A stretch of 64,000 nucleotides of DNA from Octopus sinensis (GCF_006345805.1 NC_043000.1:144274001-144338000); one strand, 5' to 3'. Counted from the stretch's first letter, positions 26,790 through 39,304 are shown. Numbers and translations are program-made. Notes: generated from the sequence alone by a model not told the origin.

Positions 26790-27577
26790 TATATATATTA
26801 TATGTATATATATGTATATATGGGGTAAGGTTGAGTGCGTGTGTGTAAAAGCTTAATTGTTTTTGTTTTTCTCAATGGTTTTATTGATTTTCAGATAACT
26901 TAATTGAATAAAGATATTAACAGAAAATAGTTTGTTATCGAGCAAAATACATCATGACTTTGAAGTGACTGCCTTCTAGCAAAAATATACATATTTATGT
27001 ACATGCAACCATGCTCACACCACTGTCTATACTCATATCTATCTCCAATAAGTGCTGACTCTGAATTGACACTACAGACATATTCATATTTATCAACCAG
27101 CCTATTCATACTCACGTATACTTGCATAGACAGCACCCACTCTCTCTCTCTTTCTCACCTTTCTTTCTCTCTCAGCCAATGGTTCTAATATGTGTCTGTC
27201 TGTGCCTGTGTGTGTGTGGGTATGTGTGTGCGTGTGTTTATGCATGCGTGTCTACGTCTGAGTCTGTGTTTGTGCTTATGTATGCGTGGTTATGTGTGCG
27301 TGTTTTTGAGTATTCTTGCGTGTGTGTGTCTTTGTATGTGAGTATGTGTGTGCGTGTGTGTGTATGTGTTGCATGTGATTCCATGCAAATATATGCATGT
27401 GTGAATGTCTTTATGTCTGGATCTATAATTAAAATATCTTCTCCATATAATATATTTTATATTAAAATTCCTTTTTATTACTTATAGTCTTTTCGTATGT
27501 TGTTTTCAATGTGGTTTTGGGTACTCAGATAGCCACCCTTCGAAAGCGATAAAAATTTTTCCTTTATATATTTATAG

Positions 27578-27616
27578 CGATTCCAATGGTCGAAATTACA
27601 GTCTCAGCCAGTGCAG
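27578..27616 (+). CDS. candidate 39-nt exon
   Basis: tttttcctttatatatttatag|...cag|gtaata; open in all three frames (phase 0 gives RFQWSKLQSQPVQ). Confidence 0.25.
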
Positions 27617-27779
27617 GTAATAAGAACCTAATAATGAAAATAAGGTACCACGTTTGTAGCAATAACTTGGGTTTTGTAGCAAAATCTCAATATTCAACTT
27701 ACACTATTTAAGTTACTTGGATTCAAGGAATATCTATGTGAATATTTATTTTTCTGTTTATAATATTTACCATAATCTT

Positions 27780-28183
27780 ACTCTTTTACTTGTTTCATTC
27801 CTTTGACTGTGGCCATGCCGGAGCAACGCCTTTAGACGAGAAAATCGAACCCAGGACTGATTCTGTGTAAGCCTAGTACTTAATACATCGGTCTCTTTTG
27901 CCAAAACGCTAAGTTACAGAGATGTAAACACACCAGCATCGGTTGTCAAGCGATGTTGGGGGGAAAACACAGACACACAAATATATGCACATACATAAAT
28001 AAATACATACACATATATGCGAAGGGCTTCTTTCAGTTTCCGTCTACCAAATCCACTCACAAGGCTTTGGTCGGCCCGAGGCTATAGTAGAAGACACTTG
28101 CCCAAGGTGCCACGCAGTGGGACTGAACCCGGAACCATGTGGTTTGCAAGCAAGCTACTTACCACACAGCCATTCCTACGCCT
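27780..28183 (-). mobile_element. tRNA-derived SINE, family A, full length
   Basis: Minus head aggcgtaggaatggctgtgtggtaag...ggttccgggttcagtccc contains A-box and B-box-like motifs; complete body and tail. Confidence 0.92.
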
Positions 28184-28482
28184 ACAATTAGATAAGTAAT
28201 GCTCAAAAATAAAAGGTCCTGGAAATGCAGAGTCAACCAAAATTTATAAAATATTTAGTAAATTTAGAATGACGAATAATTTCTACTCAAATATTGCAGG
28301 GTTCGAATTTCAAGGGAAAGATTTCACGCGTTAAATTGCTTTACACATAATTTAAATTATATTAACTTTTGTATAGATTATAAAAGTAGTAGTGAATGTT
28401 GCTTGCTTCTGAAATTTCAGGGATATATTCTTCAGCACATTTAATTTGAACAACGTGGATGTTTTTTTCTTGCCGTTTTCAG

Positions 28483-28513
28483 GGTGATCTGGTCATCAAA
28501 CACACACCAGAAG
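28483..28513 (+). CDS. candidate 31-nt exon
   Basis: Strong acceptor tttttttcttgccgttttcag and donor gaag|gtatta; reads GDLVIKHTPE. Confidence 0.3.
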
Positions 28514-30594
28514 GTATTAAACTGGTTTCTTCTCTTTCATGACCTCATCAACACAAATGACATACTGATGTAAAATAAACAAGAACATAACACGAGAAGC
28601 AAACCTACGTGCAGATGGCCAAATCGGTATATTGGCTCATATCTAAACATGTTTCAACATTCATATTTAACCGCTGAAAATTTTATTCTAGAAACCCTAT
28701 CAGAAATTCCTTTCCAAAGGAACAATTTCTGTTAATATAACACGGCAAATTCAATAAATATATAGCGATTTAATTGAAGTTTATGGCTTTCATTCATGTG
28801 GCAATATTAGATTAGGTGAAATTGAACATAACGTCAAATAAATTCTCTTCTTAAATGAAAATTTGATTCCATATTTAAATCTAGCATTAATATTGACACT
28901 TGATCATCCTCCAAAACATCTAGCGACTAAATTATTTTTGCCTTTAATTTTCAACTATATTAACTCATTAAATAATTTCATTAATTCTAAAATATTTATT
29001 TGAAATCTTAATTGTATTATAACATTTCCACCTCATTTCTTTGCGTTTCATAAGTTAAGTAAGAATAGTTTGCAGTCCGCTTTCTCAAATAAAATCTCTT
29101 TAATCTTGAGGACGACACAAATCAGTAAGAAAGAATATGAGTGCAATAGAGATATTTTCTATTATCAATCCACTCACAAAGACACATATTTTCCTTCTTT
29201 CATCGTTCCCCTTCTGTTCAACAAACGAAAGCACAGAACAAATTTACATCAATCACTAAAGAAACAACTTTACTTTACTTCTATTCTGCAACACAAGGAT
29301 GCATCAAAATTACCTTGGCAATTCTTTTCAGTCTCTCGTTTCACTCTTTCATCCGACAACAATAGTTAAGATTGCTCTTTTAGCTTGTATACGGGCATAC
29401 ATATACACACACACACAAGAGTGTGAGAGGGGTTTTTGTATGTGCGCATGATTATATTACTACCAGAATGATATTATTATAAATAATAATACGGGAAGAT
29501 AAATCCATTTTCGATATAACTACGAATTGTCCCAAAGAACATTACGCTAAATACATGTCTTATTGGGAAATAAAAAAAATACAAATACAGAGTCTAGAAT
29601 TACGCTTGCATTACAATATTGAAATGGACGAGAAGGAAAAATAGGAAAATCGAGTGGGGATGTGAAAGCAATGGAGACGTAAATATATGTATATACATAC
29701 ATAAGCATTTATATATCTGTGTGCCTGCAGTCTGTGTACGCGCGCGTATATGTATATACACACACACATAGGTATGTATGTATTTATATATGTGTATATA
29801 TATATATATATAATATATATATATATATATAGGAAAAGAAAGTGAGTAACAGAGATAGATTTTCAATGCTTACAAAAGTGAATAGGAGAACAGAACAAAG
29901 AATTAATCCAGAGGACTATTATTTAGAATAAAGTATATACCGTACTGATATTCTACTATGTGTTTTCAAACTAATTTCCAATACAAAATTATTACTTTAT
30001 GGTTTATATAGCCGGACTGTAATTTAATCATTCTTTCTTGCTTAAAGGAGATCTAATGGTACCATAATATAAATAAGATGGTCTATAATGCATAGGAAAT
30101 ATTGTTGGCAAAAATGGCTGATATTGGAAGGATATTCATTTATTCATAACTTACTCTCAGTCTATACGCGTGCCATCCATCTAGCCTCGTTTCTATCAAT
30201 CAATTCCTCTATCAATCTCTATAATTCGTTCTAGAGACGCACTAAATCTACTGCCCAGAATATTCATGTACATATGTCATATATCTTCTCACATGTATTA
30301 AGGCAAATAATAATACCGGGATTGTTATATATGTTGAAATGCACATATACATCCATTAATATTTTAGCCAGACACACGCTCCTATCCAGCCGCAATTCTT
30401 ACCATTATTGTCCAGCGAAATGTATTTCTATTACGAAAGGAAAATAATTTATAAATCACAGAAACCTCACCTTGAAGCAAAGGATGATTTTTTCATCACG
30501 TCATATTAGTCTGCATACATTTGCAGACTCATCGAAAACCGGAGATAATCATGTGAACATAGTTTTAGAACAACTTAAAGTACAAACTTCTTTT

Positions 30595-30731
30595 CTTCTT
30601 CTCCTCCTTGCCTCCTGTCCCTCCACCTCTACCTCACCCTCCTTTTCCTCCTCATCCCCTTCATCCTCCTCATCCTCCTCATCCTCCACCTCCACCTCAT
30701 CCTCCTCTTCCTACTACTACTACTACTACTC

Positions 30732-30772
<41 letters not shown>

Positions 30773-30773
30773 G

Positions 30774-30809
<36 letters not shown>

Positions 30810-30865
30810 TTACTGCTGCTGTTGCTGCTGCCATTCCCACTACAAATAGTAAAAACCGCAACGGC

Positions 30866-30902
<37 letters not shown>

Positions 30903-30925
30903 TAATAATATTAATAATAATAATA
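30595..30925. repeat. compound trinucleotide microsatellite (CCT)-(CTA)-(CTG)-(AAT)
   Basis: Directly visible. Confidence 0.95.
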
Positions 30926-32100
30926 ATGGTATTGCATCGAATATTTAGCGATTCCTTGCAAAACGTATGGCGAAGTGGAGGGCGGAACTGACACCATATG
31001 AAAGAATGTTAGGGATAATAGAAATCGATACCACAAACACTAATTCTGAGGAAAGCAAAAGCAAGGTATGTATTCAAAAGCGGCCAAGGAAAAGTCAACC
31101 CCATGTTATTCATGGCTGATCTCAAGCTTTATGTTAAAGCTGAATCCCAAATCAATCCCTTTGTTTGGTGTGTTAGTCTTCAAGAGAAGCAAAATCAAAT
31201 GTATGGACGGGTTAGAAATACAGTTGGGGGAAGTTATGAAGCACATAGAAGAAACGGGCTATAAGTACTTGGTGATATTGGAAAGGAATAAATTGACGGA
31301 GAAAAGAATGACACAAAAATTTGATGTAGAGTACTAGCACAGACTGACTGATCCTTAAGTCGAAATTAAATGGACGGAATAAGATTGAAGCTATCAACAT
31401 CTGGGCCGTTTCTCTCCTTGGATATGGAGCAGGGATAATTGCATGGACAGTAGACGAACTAAACAGCCTAGACAGAAAGACAAGCAAGTTGCTGACTAGT
31501 TACGGGATACTCTACCCAAAATGTGATATCCAAGCATTAACTGCTTTGGATTTTATTCAATCCGGTCAATTTTGGACGGATAGTGTACAAAACGTTTAGA
31601 GCGTCACCAACATTTGGAACTTCCTCTTACAAACAAACAAAAATATTGACTCCAATAGACCAGACGTTGTGATCAAAGAAGCAACAGAGGAACTTGTCTG
31701 TTAATAGATATGTCTGTCCCATAAGATCAAAATATCGCATGAAAGGAATGCGAAAATATTTTTCAGTATAAAGATCTGCAACTGAAATCACAAAAAATGT
31801 GGAAGCTTACTACCACAATAATACCAGCAGTAATTGGTGGGTTGGGATTGATGAAAAGGCAGCTGCGAAGTATATTTAGCAACTCCTTGCTAACTCCAAT
31901 CTCTGTGAACTATAAATGATACAATTGAGGCATACACTCCATATACTAGTGAAAGCACTCTGCATCTAAAATGGAATAAATGTGGTGATAATTTTAGTAC
32001 GCATAGCAAAACAGAAGTGCCATTGCTAATCTTGCTTCTCGAGGATTACCGGTAATAAGGCAGCTGAGATAAATTCATAATGGAAGGAAACCATAGATAA
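30926..32100 (+). mobile_element. decayed R4/Dong-like non-LTR retrotransposon (thumb plus RLE endonuclease)
   Basis: GYKYLVILE, IEAINIWAVSLLGYGAGIIAWT..ELNSLDRKTSKLL and EITKMWKLTTTIIPAVIGGLG segments; bounded by (AAT)n. Confidence 0.75.
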
Positions 32101-32105
32101 TGATA

Positions 32106-32176
<71 letters not shown>

Positions 32177-32177
32177 C

Positions 32178-32450
32178 TGAGACTCCCTTCGGTCATGACT
32201 GACCATGGGATTGCACCTAGAAAGTTAACCTCCCAGGCACAAGTCCGGGCAAGGTTATTTACGAAAGACCAGCAGTCGCCCATGCATAACGGTTTCCCCT
32301 TTCCACGCCACCGGTGCTATCCAGGGGAAAGGCAAAGTCTGATACAGCTTGGAATCTGTGACGTCGCAACTCATTTCTACAGCGGAGTTAACTGGAGCAA
32401 CGTGAAATAAAATGTCTTGGTCAAGAACACAACACGCAGCCCGGTCCGGA
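32178..32450 (-). mobile_element. SINE family B, 5'-truncated
   Basis: ttcggtcatgactgaccatgggattgcacctagaaag...caacgtgaaataaa..gtcttg.tcaagaacacaacacgcagcccggtccgg. Confidence 0.88.
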
Positions 32451-32650
32451 CAAATATATAACAAAAAAACCAGGACTTACAAACACATATAACATACAGA
32501 AAATTGCACTACTAGGCACTGCACTCATCCTACGCAGAACACTTTCCATACAATAACCATCAGAGCATCACAACAAATCACAGCACATACCCAAGGCACA
32601 CAGAGCTGCGCTCGGTAGTGAAGTGAAAGCACGATATAAAAAATATACTA
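32451..32650 (+). mobile_element. short 3' end of a second Dong-like subfamily
   Basis: PGLTNTYNIQKIALLGTALILRRTLSIQ* followed by 3' UTR. Confidence 0.75.
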
Positions 32651-32664
32651 CTGAATGATACTAT

Positions 32665-34545
32665 ATATGAGTACTTGCCTCAGAAAATATAAACATCAAC
32701 TGTGGAATTTTTCAAGGTGACTCACTTTCACCTTTAATATTCTGCATAGCCCTAATACCCCTTACAAGTGAATTAAACAGAACAGGGTATGGGTATAAAT
32801 TGCCAATAAAAAAATAAGCCATCTATTTTATATGGATGACTTAAAACTTTATGGTAAAGACAATAATGAACTTGAAGGCCTATTGCGCACCGTGAAAGCA
32901 TTCAGCGATGACATCGGGATGGAGTTTGGACTTGAGAAGTGTGCCAAGGCCACTTTCAGAAAGGGAAAGTGAAGACCACAAATTCAGTCGTGTTAGATGT
33001 TGACACCGTCATAAGAGAGCTTGAGCAAGAACAGACATACAAATATTTAGGGATAAATGAAGGCTCTGGTATTCAGCATGCAAGCATGAAAGAGAAAATC
33101 AGGAAGGAATGTTATAGGAGAGTTTGTGCAGTCCTGAAATCTGAACTAAATGCACGTAACAAGGTGTAGCTATAAATTCCTTAGCAGTTCCAGTTGTTAC
33201 TTATAGCTACAATGTGTTGAACTGGAATATGAGTGAAGTAAAGAATATAGATAGAAAAATAAGCAAGCTGCTGAGTTGTAATAGGATGCACCACCCAAGG
33301 CAGACGTAGATCGCCTTACCTTCCCAGAGCCCAAGGAGTCGAGGCCTGATCCAATTGAACTAGCTTAAAAAACAACCACAATTGGACTGGCCAAATATCT
33401 CGAAATATCGAATGACTGGATGCTAAAGCTCGTGGAAAATCACGAGAGACGAAATAGAAGCTTCATTCTATCATCAAGGAAAGCAAAAAATTGCTATTGA
33501 TCTCGTGCAGGATACCCAAACTGAACAACCCGAGGGAAGTACGGCAACTATTGTTGCAAAGAAGGTGAAAATGATGGCAATGAAAAAAAGCGCACGAGCA
33601 ATTGGCTGATAGGTGGGAGGAGAAACCTCTGCGCGGCAAATATGTGACCCGCAGCAAACAAGCTGATGTTGACCAGAAGCAAACATCAGTGGCTGCGGAG
33701 CTCAGGGCTAAAAGCAGAGAGCGAAGGTTCATCCTGGCTGCTCAAGACCAAAGCCTATTAACCCGGAACTACCAGGCCAATGTGATGAAAAAATGGAGCA
33801 GACCCAAAATGCCGATTCTGCAACGACATGATTGAAACAGTGGACCACCTAATCTCTGGATGTAAAGTCTTAGCACCAGTGGAGTATAAATTAAGACATG
33901 ACAGAGTTGGCCAATATCTCCACTGGCTAATAAGTCGGCATTACAATATCAAAACTGCCGACAAGTGGTATAATCACCACCCTGAGGCTGTAACTGAAGG
34001 AGAAAATGTAACCATTCTGTGGGACTTCCAGTACATACAGGACCGAACCATCAAGGCCAATAAACAGATATTGTTGTGAAAGACCAAAACAATAAAGTTT
34101 GCTTATTGATCGACATGAGCACCCCTGTGATCATAATATCTCAGCGAAAGAGTTTGACAAGCTCAGAAAATATAAAGACCTACTCATTGAAATTGAGAAA
34201 ATGTGGCCATCTCAAGGCGGTTACAATGCCAGTGATCGTAGGAGCACTAGAAATGATCAGAAGGGAACCGAAAATTATATGAGAATGATCCCTGGCTTAC
34301 CATCCTGCAAGAAGTGCAAAAGATTGTCTTAACTGGTACATCACACGTATTGAGAAGAGCATTGTCGATGTGAGAACTGTTGCTGCTCATGTATTTTAAT
34401 TTAACTTTAAAAAAAAAAAAAAAAATGAACGAACTATGAGTTTGGTTTAATGCCTACCAATATACATATGAGTTTCTTTGCCCTAGGAGTCGGGAAGGAC
34501 ACTCGGCAAGAAATGGAAGAAAATTTGAAAAAAAGAAAAAACAAG
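32665..34545 (+). mobile_element. young 5'-truncated R4/Dong-like element (RT plus CCHC plus RLE)
   Basis: GIFQGDSLSPLIFCIAL, SHLFYMDDLKLYG, AQDQSLLTRNY, ETVDHLISGCKVL, LWDF..TDRTIKAN.PD, KYKDL.IEIEKMW; ends in (AAT)n at ~34545-34628. The breaks are mostly 1-nt homopolymer indels. Confidence 0.92.
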
Positions 34546-34568
34546 TAATAATAATAAAATAATAATAA

Positions 34569-34602
<34 letters not shown>

Positions 34603-34629
34603 TAATAATAATAAGAATAATAATAATGA

Positions 34630-34935
34630 AATAGTAATTAAGGATGGAGTGTGTCCGAAGACTGTGGTTGGTGTGCGCTCAAAATTGATTGGATGGAATA
34701 AAATCCAGACAGCTGATATGAGGCCTATAGCAACCCCTCGGTATGGAGAGGGAATTATAAAATGCCAAACGAGAGAAATGAAGACAATAGATTCCAAGAC
34801 CAGAAAGTGTTGAGTGTACGCTGAGACTTCCACCCTAATTGCGACACCGATAGGCTGTACCTGCCCAGAAGAATGGGTGGGAGAGGTTTGATTAGTTGCT
34901 AGGACTGTATCGAAGCAGAGGTAAACAGCCTAGGG
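34630..34935 (+). mobile_element. internal fragment of another Dong-like copy
   Basis: GWNKIQTA...IDSKTRK..FHPNCDTDRLYLPRRMGGRGLIS. Confidence 0.75.
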
Positions 34936-35281
34936 TGGTATATATATATATGTATACTTTTAATTTGGACTATATAATGATAGATAAAGTTATAGACGGG
35001 GGATATGTGGACCTGAATATTGGGGTTGTACATAAGGGGAGGTTCTATAAGAGACTGCGTGTCTCAGGAGCATAGTATACAACCTTATGAAACACGTATA
35101 GTTGACAACTTTGAATATGAATAGTAATTATTAAATATAATATTTTATGACATGGTTTAATTTATATTCTGACTTGTTGATTTTATGGAGATTCCTGTCT
35201 CTAATAATACTTATATATATATTATTAGTGAATTGAAGAAATGGAGTTGAACGAAGATTGAACAGAAATCGTTTTATTGCA

Positions 35282-35359
35282 TTCTACACGTGTTTCGAAA
35301 GGGACAATTACAAAATTCCGATTGAATAAGGAGACCATATTGTGTCTTCTCTTCAGGAA
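35282..35359 (-). ncRNA. type I hammerhead ribozyme motif (left arm)
   Basis: TTC-CTGAAGA-GAAG..CTTTC-GAAA-CACGTG-TA-GAA. Confidence 0.65.
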
Positions 35360-36229
35360 GAAATAGGAAATCCGTTGGAAAAAAAAAAACAGAACAGAGG
35401 CGGAACAAAACAAATCGAACGAGGCTCCTAAGAGCCCATGGCCAAACTGTTTATCAATGTATGTTGAAAACGGGTGGTGGGTGCGTTGAAGATTTTAACG
35501 GGTCAGGCAGCGGTCATTCCGGTGGGTGAGAGCACGGGGTGCTTAGATGTTCTTTGTGACCGAGACTAATGTTCTGACTATTTAAAGAATATTAGGTGTA
35601 TTATATGGGGCGAGGCAAAATCTACTTAGAAACATGTGTGTGTGTACTGTTCTATATATGCGCGGCCGCAAGTTGGTAAGAAGCGCTACACTCTGGTCAC
35701 TGCTGAGAAATCCGTCAGGGGGTAGAAAATATTTTATATGTTCGTATGTGCGTTTGATCGCGCGGCCGTCAACCCTACACAATGGTCACTGCTGTAAAAT
35801 CCGTCGGGCGGCAGAAAAATAATTTATGTGTTCGTGTGTTCGTCTAATCATGACTTGTCAAAGAAACCCCCCGTCGTCAAAACAAAACACCATTCGTCTC
35901 CCAGGAGTAATTCCCATTGCAATGGTTAATCATATTTCTCTTAAAAGTTTTTTCAGAATTAAGTAGATATTGTCTCGCCCCATATAATACACCTAATATT
36001 CTTTAAATAGTCAGAACTTTAGTCTCGGTCACAAAGAACATCTAAGCACCCCGTGCTCTCACCCACCGGAAAGACCGCTGCCTGACCCGTTAAAATCTTC
36101 AACGCACCCATCACCCATTTTCAACATACATTGATAAACAGTTTGGCCATGGGGTCTTAGGAGCCTCGTTCGATTTGTTTTGCTCCGCCTCTGTTCTGTT
36201 TTTGTTTTTTCCAACGGATTTCCTATTTC

Positions 36230-36307
36230 TTCCTGAAGAGAAAGACACAATATGGTCTCCTATTCAATCGGAATTGGTAAATTGTGCCTTTCGAAACACG
36301 TGTAGAA
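36230..36307 (+). ncRNA. type I hammerhead ribozyme motif (right arm)
   Basis: TTC-CTGAAGA(36233-39)-GAAAG..CTTTC-GAAA(36293-96)-CACGTG-TA-GAA; perfect 5-bp stem II base, palindromic stem III, 3-bp stem I. Confidence 0.75.
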
Positions 36308-36518
36308 TGCAATAAAACGATTTCTGTTCAATCTTCATTCAACTCCATTTCTTCAATTCACTAATAATATTAAAATTCAATTATCCGCACCAACGCACGG
36401 TTGCAACACCATATGGTTGTACCTCCAACCGTGCTGTCTTCTGCTGTGATTTTTGCTTCCAAGGTATCGGTTAAACTTTTGATGAATCTGCAACAAGATT
36501 ATTCATCTTTCTATTTCA

Positions 36519-36552
<34 letters not shown>

Positions 36553-36553
<1 letters not shown>

Positions 36554-36880
36554 GGATCCCCTTCGGTCACGACACTGACCATGGGATTGCACCTAGAAAG
36601 TTACCCTTCTAGTCACAAGTCTGGGCAAGGTGGTTTATGGAAGACCAGCAGTCGCCCATGCATACCGGCCTCCCCTCTCCACGCCACCAGTGTTATCCAA
36701 GGGAAAGGCAAAGGCCGATACAGCTTGGCACTCGTGACGTCGCAACTCATTTCTACAGCTGAGTGAACTAGAGCAACGTGAAATAAAGTGTCTTGCTCAA
36801 GAACACAACACGCAGCCCGGTCCGGGATTCGAGCTCACAACCTCACGATCGTAAGCTCGACGCTCTAACCACTGAGCCAT
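36553..36880 (-). mobile_element. tRNA-derived SINE, family B
   Basis: Minus head tggctcagtggttagagcgtcgagcttacgatcgtgaggttgtgagctcgaatccc contains an A box and a B-box variant. Confidence 0.92.
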
Positions 36881-36892
36881 ATATATATAAAG

Positions 36893-37198
36893 ACCCCTTT
36901 CGGTCATGAGTTATCCTCTGAGGCACAAGTCTGGGCAAGATTGTTTTTATGGAAGACCAGCAGTCGCCCATGCATACCAGCCTCCCCTCTCCACGCCACC
37001 AGTGTTACCCAAGGGAAAGACAAAGGTTGATACGGCTTGGCACCTGTGACATCGCAAATCATTTCTACAGCTGAGTGAACTGGAGCAACGTGAAATAAAG
37101 CGTCTTGTTCAAGAACACAACACGCAGCCCGGTCCGGGATTCGAGCTCACAACCTCACGATCGTAAGCTCGACGCTCTAACCACTGAGCCATGCGCCT
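36893..37198 (-). mobile_element. tRNA-derived SINE, family B (second tandem copy, short 3' deletion)
   Basis: Same head starting aggcgcatggctcagtgg; lacks the actgaccatgggattgcacc block. Confidence 0.92.
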
Positions 37199-37221
37199 CA
37201 TATATATATATATTAATATAT

Positions 37222-37301
<80 letters not shown>

Positions 37302-37302
37302 A

Positions 37303-37413
<111 letters not shown>

Positions 37414-37451
37414 CTATAATATATATATATAGATAGATATATATGTATATA

Positions 37452-37483
<32 letters not shown>

Positions 37484-37489
37484 ATGATT

Positions 37490-39180
37490 GTTGATCTTGT
37501 AGCAGAACTTGTCTTAACAGACAGCCCAATCAGCGTTGTATGTCTCCATTAGATACACGCCGTTCCCTTCCTATAGCTTCTCGCAGGACTGATTCTCTCT
37601 ATGTTTCATGATATCAAGTTATGCTGCAAAATCAGCAATCGTGGAATATTCTGTAGGGGTGTGGTGTGTTGTCTTATTAACACTAACCATTTTTCAACAA
37701 TAATAACAACAATATTATTATTTCTGATATCAATTCCAATCGCATTCGTTTCTAAGACTAGAAACTCGGTTTATCAATGTAAAATCAATTCCGGTTCTGA
37801 CGTATTTTTTTACATCGGTAGTTCTCCATCTCAGGTGTTGAAAAGATTATCTAAACATTGCTCTACTTTTAAGCATTTCAATAAACGCAACAATACTGGG
37901 CTTCATAAATTAATTTGGTCCCTAAAGAACATAATAAACAATTGGATTTTGAATGGAATATACTATTTAGATCTTTTACATATGATAAAGTTACATCTTT
38001 TTGTCCATTCTGTAACGAAGAACAATATCTCATTCTGTTCTCGGATCTTCAGATGTTTTCAGCAGCTTCAGGTGTTCAATTGGGCACAAGTCGAGGCTGA
38101 GAGCCGTCCACAACATGGTTCTGAGATTGTGCCGATGCAAGAAGACCATAGTGAACCTGGCCATGTGAGGGTGAGCATTGTCCTGCTGGAACCCGTGGCT
38201 ATAGTGATGCACGAAGGGCACGCTGTGAGGTCTTAGGATCTGGTCAACGTAGTGCTTCGCTATGATGCCATTCCCTTTGCCTGCACCAACATTTTAGAAA
38301 ACATAGATCCCAGTTCTCTGAATCTGGTCTCTAGCACCCCAAAACATGACGCCACACGCGTCCCTCTCCATGACACATGTGTCTTTGTAAAGTTCAACCC
38401 TCCTACGCCACATACTCACTTTGCCATCCGAGGTGGAAACGCAGTACCGGTTCTCGTCAGAGAAAACTATCGACTTCAATTGTTAATGTCACCAATGTCG
38501 GTGCTGTGTAACCCACTGTAGCCGTGCCTGACTGTGGCGGGCGGTGAAGATAGGCCCTTGAGCAGGACGACGGCACTGCAGGTTCTTGGCAGCCAGTCGA
38601 CGACATCGTATTATGTTGTCGCTTATAGGTCGCTGACAATTGCCATGACAATGGTCTTGCGATCTGTCATGCTGGGAGGTCTGAGGCGATCACGGTGGTG
38701 TTGCAGGTGGATGTAACGGTCCTGACTGGGTGTGATCATGAGGCTGGCCTCTGGTGACACGGTCTGCATTGATGTTCGTACTGCTGCAGCGCTGTTGCAT
38801 GCGATAGAGGATGCTGACATGGTCATTGTTAGCACTCGCAACAACCAAGGCATGCTGTCCTGCTTGCAATCGGACGATAGCTGTTTCTCTCTGCGCTACT
38901 GACAATCGGATCAATACATGATGCGTCCAAATTACGAATGTTAGGAACGAGGTTCAGTTTCCATAACAATTGTTTGCGACTGCTACCCATGGCATTCAAC
39001 GCTGCTGCGTTTTCGCATCTCGTTTCAGTGAAAGTTGAAAGGTTACCTGCAATTTGAGTCTCAGCCATAAACCAGCATGTCCTGGGATATTTATAATCAC
39101 ATCTCCGAAATACATTTTCAGAATTTAACGTATATAAATGACATTTGAAAGAATCGCGTTTCTTTTGCGGTTTAGCGTAT
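37490..39180 (-). mobile_element. decayed Tc1-like DNA transposon, interrupted by a PLE fragment
   Basis: RLSVAQRETAIVRLQAG (HTH), IVFSDENRY, VMFWG, FQQDNAHPH, W.ALSLDLCPIEHL; TIR-like tatacgctaaaccgcaaaagaaacgcg at 39154-39180. Confidence 0.88.
37640..38050 (+). mobile_element. PLE GIY-YIG endonuclease fragment nested in the Tc1 element
   Basis: SVYQCKINSGSDVFFYIGS..KRLSKHCSTFKH..RNNTGLHKLIWSLK / FEWNIL..YDKVTSFCPFCNEEQYLIL. Confidence 0.8.
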
Positions 39181-39214
39181 AAAAATAAAAGAAAAATTAC
39201 ATAAATATATAGGT

Positions 39215-39217
39215 ATA

Positions 39218-39264
<47 letters not shown>

Positions 39265-39265
39265 A

Positions 39266-39304
<39 letters not shown>

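Larger units (their letters stand above)
35220..36369. repeat. inverted repeat, ~410-bp arms with a ~330-bp spacer; each arm has an HHR
   Basis: 35220-35629 is the reverse complement of 35960-36369, with scattered substitutions. Confidence 0.95.

Noticed and set aside
30472-30991. Poly-S/Y/C and poly-P/T/A/N ORFs resembling low-complexity proteins
   Set aside because: Trinucleotide repeats are open in several frames, and there is no splice or domain support.
36800-37198. tRNA genes
   Set aside because: The tRNA-like heads continue into SINE bodies and lack a proper acceptor stem.
37601-38236. 211-aa ORF as a host gene
   Set aside because: Chimera of a PLE EN fragment and antisense Tc1 sequence.
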